Assembly: GCF_009914755.1 (NCBI RefSeq)
Contig: NC_060941.1
DNA length: 64,000 nucleotides
Source: the human T2T-CHM13v2.0 reference genome, Homo sapiens
Strand: one strand, 5' to 3'
The position numbers and the translations under genes are program-made. Shown here piece after piece: positions 40,622 to 64,000 of this stretch. Numbering within the stretch: position 1 is the first letter of the stretch; each line of letters begins with the position of its first letter. Under the pieces are notes generated by a model, which saw only the letters and a list, made by a program, of their open reading frames with translations, was not told where the DNA came from and did not search any database.

Positions 40622-41084
40622 CCACACACAATCTTAAGAACCACACAGCCTTTTTGTTGGTTCACGGAGGATGAGAAGGGAGATGTAGAAGTGAGCATGA
40701 CTGTTAGGGACAGGCATGCAGATAGCAGGGAGTAGCAACAGTTGACAGTGAGGAGGAAACTGAAAACTATAAAAACAAAACCAAGTGCAGGAACTCAAAA
40801 GCATAACCTGGGTGGGGCTGGGTCCGGAAGCACAGTGGGGGCCCCCGGCCTGTTCCCAAGATCCTGAAGTCACCACCACCTGGGCTCAGTCCTGAGGCAC
40901 TATTGAAGCCAGTGCCTCAGATGCACCAGAGAAAGGATAACCCATGGGTGCAGCTAGGGAAGCTGCCCTCCTGGGGTCCTGCAAGGACAGGAGGCGAGGC
41001 CTGAGGCTTTCCTCGTTTCACTCGGCCACTCCTGAACAGTGCAACCACATTTTAACAAGACTCGCCATGTTAGTGATTGTTTTG

Positions 41085-43842
<2,758 letters not shown>

Positions 43843-45129
43843 TAGACATAGATGTACCCACAGATCCCTGGCAGAGAGGTAGATACTGAGTGGGTCAGAA
43901 AGGTCCGGGACTTTGCATTCAAATAGGCACTTGGAGATTCCAAGGCAGAAAGCCTGCTCCTGACACTTCCCCTGAAGCGCTGGTTTCTGAGACCCCATCA
44001 CGTGGCTCACCCTGGGAAAGGTGGCAGAGAGGTGACCCCTAGACCTCCTCCACCTGCCCTTCCTCCTCCCACTTCCCCTCCTTTTTCCCTCCCTCGCCCC
44101 CCTCCTTCAAGGAGGTGCCCGTCCCTTTTCTGAGGTTGGAGGTCTCGGGAGAAGCACTGACTGGGTGGGCCCCTCCCAAGGGCCTGGTGGCATCTGGAGG
44201 CCAAGCCTCCTCCTTCCCCAGCAACTCCTGAAGAGGCAGGTGGAGGGGTCAACTCCGTGAGCCCCTGCCCGTCCCACCCTCTCCCCTTGGGCACAGGCCT
44301 GGGGACCCCGGGGAGTCTCAACCTTGGGGGCCCAGGGCAGGAAGGGCCTTCATTAGCCTGGGAGACAGAGTAGCCACAAAGTTCAGCTCCAGCCAGGGGC
44401 CAACCTGGGACACAGGAGACTGGGCCCTGTCATCTGGGGCCACACATCTTGGACCGGCTGCAGCAGCCCGGGGTTTTTAATCCAGGGCCCTGAATTAAGC
44501 TGTGTTCCGCCGTGACGGGTTTGCTAAGTCCTCGGAGCCAGACCACGTTGGCTGCTCTGCTGGGAAAGGGGTTCTCGGGGTAAGTGAGGAGCAGGAGACC
44601 AGCCAAGCCAGCACCGCAGCGGCCCAGAGCCAGGCGTGAGAGGCCAGGACGGGAGGGCTCTGGGGGCAGCACCGTTGCTTTGGGCCTGAGCAGTGGGTGG
44701 GAGGTGGATTCAGGCTGAGCTGGGGAGGCCGGGAAGGGCTCAGACCCAAGGCGCTACAGGAGGGAAGAGAATGTGCCCATCTGCCACGTTGGACAGAGTA
44801 GAGGCCCCACTGCAGCAAGAGGGATCTGGGTAGGATCTGGAGGAGGCCTTGCTTCCTGGACTGCATGTTTCTAGAAGTCTCCTTGCAGACTGATGGGGTT
44901 GAAGGTGTGTTCAGAAGCAGCTCCCCTTTGTCCCACTCAGGCTGAAGAAGGAGGGACATGCAGGCTCAGACAAGTGCAGCTTACGATGGCAGCCTGGGTC
45001 TGGAGACACGCCTGCTTGGAGGACGCGCGGGGTCTTCGGGAAGGGGCTTGGTGGGTAGCTCACTCCTGAAGGAGTCAGGCTTCCCGCAAGCTGGTGAGCT
45101 GGGCCGCCGCAGCCTCCGCCCCTCGGGCC

Positions 45130-45255
45130 TGGTGCAGGCCTTGCCTCGGTTCCATTCTCTGCTGTTGCTGTCCTGACGCCCTCCGCACATTTTGAACAAG
45201 GGGCCCCACACTCTCATTTTGCACTAGGCTCCGCAGATTCTGCCTGCTGGGCCAG
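45130..45255 (+). mobile_element. MER45A-like hAT element
   Basis: ttttgaacaagggggccccacactctcattttgcactaggctccgcagatt. Confidence 0.7.
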
Positions 45256-46111
45256 CCCGGGGGAGGCACCTGTTTCACATACTTGCAGAAGCCGTGTGCA
45301 CTGTGCAGGTGCCTCATCTCGCAGAGGGAGGGGCTGAGTCAGGGGGCTCCTTCCTCCAAGCTCACCAGTCCCACCACCAGCTGGAGTGGGGCCTAACGTG
45401 TACCCAGGGAAGGCCGCCCACTGGAAGGAAAGAGGGGTTGGGGCATGGACAGTCCCCACACCAACCGAGCCTGAAGCCATTGGGGAGGAGGCAGAGAGAG
45501 CCCAGGGGGACCAGGAGCCCGGAGGAGGAGTGGGGTTCAAGGCGGAACCCCACCGGCCTCGGTGATCCCCGCTTTTCACCTTGTGAGCCCCTTTCACACC
45601 CTGGCCTTCCTTTACTGCATTTTCTCCCATTTCACAGGGGGGAGAAACAGACGCTCGGAGGGTTACGGTTGGGAACCCCCCAAAATGGGTATGTGGCTGG
45701 CTGGCTTAACACCTGGTGTCTGGTTCGAATAGAAACACCAGGATGCTGCTTGCAGGGAGCCGTTCTTGAACAGGCCTGGGTGGAATCTCAGATTCATATT
45801 TCTAAAACCTCCTCAGATTTGGGGACTTCTATGTGAAGTCTTTGCCGAAGTCCACACCCTGGAAGATGCAGGGAGGATGAAAACGTGCCCATCTGCCTCT
45901 GGCTTTTGATTCCAGCCCCACCACAGCACAGCTGCCTTCGAAAACACAGGGCAGGAGCTTTCTGCAGCAGTGGCTGGTGGGACAGACAGATGGACGGACA
46001 CACACACACAGGCAGCAGAACTGGAGGTGAGGGCAGTCAGGAGGCAGTTATGGTTTGGTTCGGTTTCTTTCTTTTCTTTTTTTAAACACCAGCTTGAAAG
46101 CTTGAACTAGA

Positions 46112-46523
<412 letters not shown>

Positions 46524-46529
46524 TAGGTT

Positions 46530-51400
<4,871 letters not shown>

Positions 51401-52719
51401 ACAGAGGACCCTATCTGGCTTGTCTGTTTTTGCTGGGCCTGGGTTCCCTTCCTCCACGAGGTGGAGGGCCGTGGCGCTCTGCCTCACTGGGGCTCCTCCA
51501 GTCCGGGGGCTCTCACCTGTCGACTGTCTTCCATCCACCTCTGCGTTCTCCTTGGGTTGTCTCTTGTGTTATTTCCAGGGCTTATGGTTGTACTTTGAGA
51601 GGGGAGGAGCAGGAAGAAATGAGCCTAGATCATCTTGTCTGGAATGCAGGTTCTGTTTTATTTTTTAAGAGGGGCCATATGGAAGTAAGTTTGGAAGCCA
51701 GTGGGAAGGACCTGGTGGAAGGAAGGCTGAAGATGCAGCCAGAGAAGAGAAACTGAGGACATAATGCTCTCCCGGGGCCAGGGCTGGGCTCATTGCTCCA
51801 TCACCAGCACCTCCTACAGTGCCTATGGGAGCTGCATACGTGGTTCCGGAGTGGAATTGACCCTGAGCTTGCGGGTAGAGGTTCCTCCTGTGAGGGCATA
51901 AGAGGGAAGGAGAGTGGGTTTGATGATGGTCCGGGGGGAGGAGGATGGGGAAGGTCTCCTGATGGCTGACACATCCTGATGCTGACAAAGCCATGAAAAG
52001 TGAGGGGTGCTGGGCCTGGGGAACTCTGTGAACACAGGGGTTAAATGACAGAGTGAATCCAGGCACAGAATGGTGCCCATACCCACCCCAACGTCATTGC
52101 CTGGGAGCTGACATCACCTGCACCTGCCAGGCTGACACCAGCGCTCCCCAGCCCCAGGGCCTCCTGTAATCAAGGCCTTAGGAGTGGAGCCTCAGAAGCA
52201 GGAGGAGAAATCAATTCTCTTCCACGCGCCAAAAGCTGCTCATTCAAAACACCCCAAAGACACATCAGGTGGGAGGCACCTGCACTGAGGCTCCTGGAAG
52301 CTACTGCAGCAGGACGTGGGAGCAAGGCCCGGCTCCATTTGTCCCCTGCTGGTACAGCCATTTCATGGGTGGGGAGGGTGGAGACCAGGTGTGCTGGCCA
52401 GGGATTCCAGGGCGTGGGGTGCAGGGTCCCCTGCGTTTCCTCATATGGATGTCAGAAGTGGAAGAGAACGTCATAGCAGGCCAAGTGGGGTCCAACCCTT
52501 TCCAAGGTCTGGATCAGCTGTGCTGTGCACCCACAGCCCTCTGCCTGCCCTCTGCTCCACACCTACCCCTCCAGGCCCTGATTTTCCCGCTGGACTGTGC
52601 CCGGGAACATGTCGTTCTCTCTATTGTATGGGTGTGTGTGTGAGAGAAAGATGCACATATTTGGGTATATACATGATGTGTGAGGCATGTATATGTGTGT
52701 ATCATGTTTAATTTTCTCA

Positions 52720-55251
<2,532 letters not shown>

Positions 55252-56418
55252 ATGATGTATAATTGAGATAACAAAAACTCACAAATTTAAAAGGTATACT
55301 TTGATAAGTTTTGACATGCATACACCCATAAAACTATTACCCCAATCAGATAGTAAACCCGTCCATCGCTCCCCACATTTCTTCTCCCTCCATCCCTCCC
55401 TGCTTCCCTGCTCCCCAGTCCTGACCTCTGGCAACCACACTCTGCTTCCCGTCAGCATAGATTCTTTACATTTTGCAGAGTTTTGTATAAATGGAATCAA
55501 CAGTATGGACTCTTTTTCATCTGGCCTCTTTCACTTGGATAATTATACTGAGATTCATTCATGCTGTTGGCTTTATGAATAGATCATTTATTTTTATTGT
55601 ACAGTAGTGTTCAATTGTATGCAAATAACACAGTTTGTTAATCCATTTACCTGTTGATAAGTTGTTTCCAGTCTTCAGCTATTACAAATAAAGCTGCTAT
55701 GAATATTTGTGTACCAGTCTTTGTATGGACTTTCATTTCTTACATTCAGGCATTCATACATTTCATATCCTACATTTCATACGTTCATGAAATGTATACT
55801 TTCACTCAAATACCTAGGGATGAAATGGCTGGACCACACAATAGGTGTATCTTTGACTTTTTAAGAAACCAGCAACCTTTTCCAAATTCATTGTACCATT
55901 TTGCATTCCCAGCAGCAGTACATGAGAATTCTATTTCGGCCACGCCCTCGCCAAACATTTGATTTCATCAATCTTTTTACTTTAGACATCTTAATTGGTG
56001 GGTAGTGGTATCATGTTGTGGTTTTAATCTGCATCTCTCTAACAACTAATGATTTTCAACATCTTTTTATCTTCTTATTCGCCATATGTATATGTATATA
56101 TACATATATATATATATGACTTCTTTGATGAAGTATCTATTCAAATGTTATGCCTACTTTTTTCTTTTTTTAAGCAGGTGGGGGGTTGTTTTCTTATGAT
56201 TGAGTTATGAGAGTTCTTTTTATATTCTTTATATATGTCCTTCATCGGATGAATTATTTACAAATATTTTCTCCTAGTTTGTGTCTTTCCATTCTCTTCT
56301 TTCGAAGAGCAGAAGTTTTAACTTTTTCTTTTTAAAACTAAAATAGCTTTATTGGGATATACGTCATATACTACACAATTCACCCATTTACATGTACAAC
56401 TCAAAGATTTTCAATATC

Positions 56419-56838
56419 CAGGTGACCCTTGAACAATATTCATTTTAACAACATGGGCCACTTATACACAGATTTCCTTCCACCTCTGCTCCCCGTGAGA
56501 CAGAAAGATCAACCCCTCCTCCTCCTCCTCCTCAATGGGAAGACCATGAGGATGAAGGCCTTTAGGATGATCCACTTCCACTTAATGAACAGTAAATATG
56601 CTTTCTTTTCCTTATGATTTTCTTAATAACATTTTCTTTCCTCTAGCTTATAGTAAGAATCCAGTATATAATACATATAACATGCAAAATATGTGTGAAT
56701 CAACTGTTTATCTGTAAGGCTTTTGAACAACAGTAAGCTCTTAGTAGTTAAGTTTTGGGGGAGTCAAAAGTTATACGTGGATTTTTGACTGCAGGGAGTC
56801 AGTGCCTCTAACCCCCGTGTTGTTCAAGGGTCAACTTG
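56419..56838 (+). mobile_element. Tigger2a (MER28) Tc1/mariner MITE
   Basis: TIRs caggtgacccttgaacaa ... ttgttcaagggtcaact; internal gatgatccacttccacttaatgaa. Confidence 0.85.
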
Positions 56839-57007
56839 TATTAACAGATATGTGCAAACATCACCACTGTCAACATTAGAACATCTTCATCACCCCCACA
56901 AATCATCTTATATGCATTAGCAGTCCTGCCCCATTTTCTCCTACCCCCACCCCCACCCCCAGCCCTAGGCAACCTCTAATGAATATTTTTAATTTTGATA
57001 ACTCCAT

Positions 57008-57394
57008 GTATTAGGCTGTCTTGCATTGCTATAAAGAAGAGGTTGGGTAATTTATAAAGAGGTTTAACTGGCTTACAGTTCTGAAGGCTGTACAAGCATG
57101 GTGCCAACATCGCTTGGATTCTGGGGAGGCCTCATGGCTGCCGATGAAGTGGCAGCAGGTGTGTCCTGTGGCAAGATCAGGAGTGAGAGAGAGTGGGAGG
57201 GGGGTGGTACTCTCTTTTCAACAACCAGATCTCCCGAGAACTCTCACTATCAAACAGCGGCAAGGAGATGGCGCTAAACCATTCATGAGAAATCCATCCC
57301 CATGACCCAGTTAGCTCACACCAGGCCCCACGTCCAATACTGGGGATTACATTTCAACAGGAGATATGGCAGGGGCATGTGTTCAAACCATATC
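57008..57394 (-). mobile_element. MST (MaLR) solo LTR
   Basis: tgtattagg...gcattgctataaagaa ... tcaaaccatatca; TG...CA ends. Confidence 0.88.
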
Positions 57395-57670
57395 ACCCCA
57401 AGTTATCAAGTTTTTCTTTTACGGATCTCACATTTGGTGTTGTTTCTAAGACATCTTTGCCAAACTCAAGGTCAGAACATTTCTCTCATATTTTTCCCCC
57501 AGAAGTTTTGTAGTTTTTGAATTTACATATTATAGGTCAATGATCCGTTTTGAATTAATTTTTGGGTGAGGTGCGTGGCATGGATTAAAGGTCTCTTTTT
57601 GCCCGTGAATATCCACATGCCCCATTGGATGAAGACGTCATCCTTTCTCCACTGAATTGCTCTTGGACCT

Positions 57671-58046
57671 TGATCTGATTGGGCTCTGTGTCCCCACCCA
57701 AATCTCATCTTGAATTGTACTCCCATAATTCCTATGTGTTGTGGGAGGGACCCGGTGGGAGATAATTGAATCATGGGGGTGGCTTCCACCATACTGTTCT
57801 CATGGTAGAGAATAAGTCTCACGAGATCTGATGGTTTTATCAGGGGTTTCCACTTCTGCGTCTTCCTCATTCTCTGTTTGCCTGCTGCCATCCATGTAAG
57901 ACGGGACTCCTTCCTCCTTGCCTTTCGCCATGATTGTGAGGCTCCCCAAGCCACGTGGAACTGTAAGTCCAATTAAACCCCTTTGATTTGTAGATTGCCC
58001 AGTCTCAGGTATATCTTTATCAGCAGCATGAAAATGAACTCATACA
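57671..58046 (+). mobile_element. THE1 (MaLR) solo LTR
   Basis: tgat..ggctctgtgtccccacccaaatctcatcttgaattgta ... ctttatcagcagcatgaaaatgaactcataca. Confidence 0.92.
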
Positions 58047-58302
58047 TACCATTATCAGAAAGAATCAGTTTTTCACGTATGTACAAATCTGTTCTGTTCC
58101 ACCAGCCTATTTGGCCATCTTTGCACTAATACCCTACAGCCTTGAGTACTGAAGCCTTCTAGTAAGTCTTGATATTGGATAGTTTAGCTCTCCAACTATG
58201 TGCTTCTTTTTCAAAGTTATTTTGGCTAGTCTAGGTCTTTTTATACTTTTATATGAATTGTAGAATCAGCTTCTAAATTTCTACCAAAAGGAAAAAAATC
58301 CT

Positions 58303-60203
<1,901 letters not shown>

Positions 60204-60379
60204 TCAAGGTAATGCGTGCATACAGATTTTCTAAAGTAGTGCAATAGCTTCCTTGGCTTCCTTTTCCCTCTTCTGAACCTGTTCTCCAGAGACAGCTGCT
60301 CTTCAGGGCCCTTAGCTCTTTGTGGACTTAGTTCTGGCCATTGCCTCCACATCTTCAGATGGCAAACGCATGCAACCCC

Positions 60380-61620
60380 CCATTTGATGGATATTGACCC
60401 AGGGCCTCCTGTGTGTCAGGCACTGTCCCAGGCCCTTGTGAAACTCCAGAAACAAAACAGGCAAAGATCCCTCCCCTCTGGGAGCTGATATAGGGGACTG
60501 ACCTCATCCTGGAGCAAACATAATTCCCGCAGGGGCAGATGGACAACAACTGATAAACACCATAAACCCGTGAGTGGGGTGCACCTGAGAATGCAGGAAG
60601 CACTTTGGAAAAAAAATAGCACAGGGTAAGGGGAGAATCAGGAGTGCCAGGAAGAGGGGTACGAGCTAAAGTAGGCTGGCCAGGGAACACTGAGCTGAGG
60701 AGACGTTTAAGCCAAGGCTTACAGGAGAGGAGGGGCTAGCTACATGGAGGTGTGGGGGGACAGGAGCGGGTGTTCCAGGCAGAGGCCCCAAGGCAGGAGT
60801 GTGTCTGCTGTGTTCAGGAATAGCAAGGAGGCTGGTGGGCTGGAGGGGACCCTGGAGACAGAGATGAGGAGGAATGAGGAGAGGAGGCTGGGGGGCTGGA
60901 GGGGACCCTGGAGTCAGAGATGAGGAGGAATGAGGAGAGGAGGCTGGGGGGCTGGAGGGGACCCTGGAGTCAGAGATGATGAGGAGGAATGAGGAGAGGC
61001 GCCCCATCACTTAGGGTCTTGGAGGCAATTGTAAGGACTTCAGTTTTTTTGTTTTGTTTTGTGTTTTGTTTTTTTATCAGAGAAAAATGAGGAGTGCTTG
61101 CTAGATTCTGAGCAGAGAAGTGGCATGTGCTGACTTGGGCTTTTACAGGACCGCTCTGGCTTCTCTATTGAGGATGGTTCTCGGGCAGAAGTAGGGACGC
61201 TGGTTAGGAGGCCAGTGCATTAATCCAGGCGAGAGATGGCAGCTGCCTGGGACCAATGGAGGGGACTAAGAAGGGTGGGTTCTGAATCATGGAGCAATAC
61301 TGAGGGTAGAGGCGACAGCACTTGTTGATAGATTGGATGTGAAGAGAAAAAGAGAGAATCAAAGACACTCCAAGTTTTATTTGCTGGAGCAACTGGAAGG
61401 ACGGAGTTGACAAAAATTAGGGTGGGGCAGCTGCGGAGGGAGGTCAGATGTCCAGTCTGCGGGGTGCGGAGGTGGGTGGCCCCCTCGATGGTCTAGCTGG
61501 GATATCGTCCATTTTAATTGGATGCGGTCCACTGGAGTTGGGAGCATGGTTTGGGCTAGAGGTGTGACCTAAAGAGCTGATGACAGGAAGATGCTATTTA
61601 GTGCCATGGGACTGAGTGCG
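60380..61620 (-). mobile_element. L2 LINE fragment
   Basis: tgtgtcaggcactgtcccagg ... caaagatccctcccctctgggagctgat ... ttgtaaggacttcagttt ... aatccaggcgagagatg. Confidence 0.8.
60826..60999. repeat. 56-bp tandem repeat x3 inside L2
   Basis: ccctgg anchors at 60850, 60906 and 60962. Confidence 0.92.
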
Positions 61621-61736
61621 ATCACCACTCATCTCTTATCTCTGCATCCATGTGGACCCGTTATCTCTTCCTGCTGTGATGGCGGAGCAGCAAACCCAGT
61701 CCCATCCTGCTCCTTCCAATACAGAAGGACCATTAC

Positions 61737-62175
<439 letters not shown>

Positions 62176-62649
62176 TGACTCTCCTCTGGGTTGTGAGGAT
62201 ATGAGGGTCCCTGCCCCGCCCCTCGGGGCTTCCCTCCGCCCCACTCTCGCCCTCTGCATCTCTGCTTCTCTAGCCTGCTGCGGAGACTGGGGCTGGAGGC
62301 TCCTCTGTGACCAGCTATCCTTCGGGCCTTTTTCACAGGCTGGTCCTAAAAGTGGGAGATTGATGGTGGTTATGTGACTATGACACGGCCCATGAAGATT
62401 CAGGCACAGCTGAGTGGCACCGTGGTCATGGCTGTGGGTTTTCTCTGGGTCTCAGCTTGCCCTCTCTCTCTGTTTGCACCATCTGCCTCTGTCACATCCC
62501 GGGCCCTTCTGACTTCACCGTGATAGCGAAACTCCTCTGAGATGCCGTGGGGCTGAGTCCGCTGTCAGTTTGACTGGATGAAGCTTCAGTGAGCTCGAGC
62601 CTGTCCCTCTTCCGCTGAAAGGGAAACCCTGGGGTCTGGCCTTTGGTTA

Positions 62650-63141
62650 GAATATTGGGATGCCCCAGCTGTGTCTGTGAGGGCGTTTCCAGGGGGAGAT
62701 TGCTGTGAGGGTTGGGAGACCAAATGGTGAAGACCCACCCTCCATGTGCGTGGGCACACCCAGTGGCCAGGGTCCCAAATGGAACAAGAAGGCAGAGAAA
62801 GAATGAATTCCGGCTCTCTCCCGAAGCCAGCTCACTTCTGTCCTGGACGCCAGGACTCCAGGCTCTCTGGCTTTTGAACTCCAGGACTCGCACGCATGGC
62901 CTCCTGGGTTCTCAGGCCTTTGGCCTCAAACTGAGAGTGATGCCAGCGGCTTCCCTGGCTCTGAGGCCTTTGGACCAGGAGTGAGTCACAGCCCGGGCTC
63001 CCTGGGTCTCCAGCTTGCAGGCGGCCTGTCATGGGACTTAGCCTCCATAATTGAGTGAGCCAATTCCCTTCCAAACTCCCTTCTCACCCCTCTGTCTCCC
63101 CGCTGTGGGTTCTGTCTTCCTGGAGAACTCTGACTGAAACA
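62650..63141 (+). mobile_element. MLT2 (ERVL) LTR
   Basis: ctcaggcctttggcctcaaactgagag ... ctccagcttgcagg ... ctggagaactctgactgaaaca. Confidence 0.8.
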
Positions 63142-63439
63142 ACTCCTTTGTGGGAGAAGTCCCGGCCGTTTGGGAGCCCCTGCCCCTGCTCTAGCCTGGA
63201 GGTGGCTTGGAGCTGCTGCTCAGCGTGTGTCCAGGGACAGGTTCCTTTCATGCCCTTCCTGAGGCAGAGCCAGATTCCCATGCCCCATTGCTGCTACTGC
63301 TGCTACCACTGTTCCTACGAGTGCGACTGCCGCTGCTACCACCAGCATCACCACCAGAGCTACTGCTACCACTGTTACTATGGGTACTACTGATACCACA
63401 GTGCCACCAATACCGCTTCTACCAGCACTGCTATTCCTT

Positions 63440-64000
<561 letters not shown>

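Overview
Mammalian genomic DNA: the Alu content and the 560-aa protein identify it as the human CBX4 (Pc2) locus, which I recall lies at 17q25.3. There is one protein-coding gene, CBX4, on the minus strand. It encodes a canonical PRC1 chromobox subunit and SUMO E3 ligase. Its 5 coding exons were reconstructed base by base (13060-12992, 12863-12820, 11711-11646, 9521-9455, 9204-7768; 1683 nt, all GT-AG introns). It has an Inr-type TSS near 13249 and an ATTAAA poly(A) signal at 6989-6984. The gene lies in a ~15 kb GC/CpG-rich domain with no recognisable transposons (~4.2-19.7 kb). The remaining ~44 kb is intergenic and dominated by about 40 Alus, old L1/L2/MIR fragments, MaLR/ERVL LTRs, DNA-transposon fossils (MER63, MER53, MER45A, Tigger2a) and tandem repeats, with a few unique, motif-rich patches that may be enhancers. 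Nearly all other ORFs in the track are GC-content, Alu or simple-repeat artefacts. The most unusual observation is in the last CBX4 intron (250 nt). If retained, it stops the chromodomain frame at a TGA lying 1 nt before an ATG in good Kozak context, which reads stop-free into exon 5 (TGA-C-ATG). This would give a potential bicistronic 'split CBX4' mRNA: a 93-aa reader module plus a 549-aa SUMO/PRC1 module. It is a hypothesis from sequence alone. Repeat family names come from remembered consensus sequences and their boundaries are approximate.
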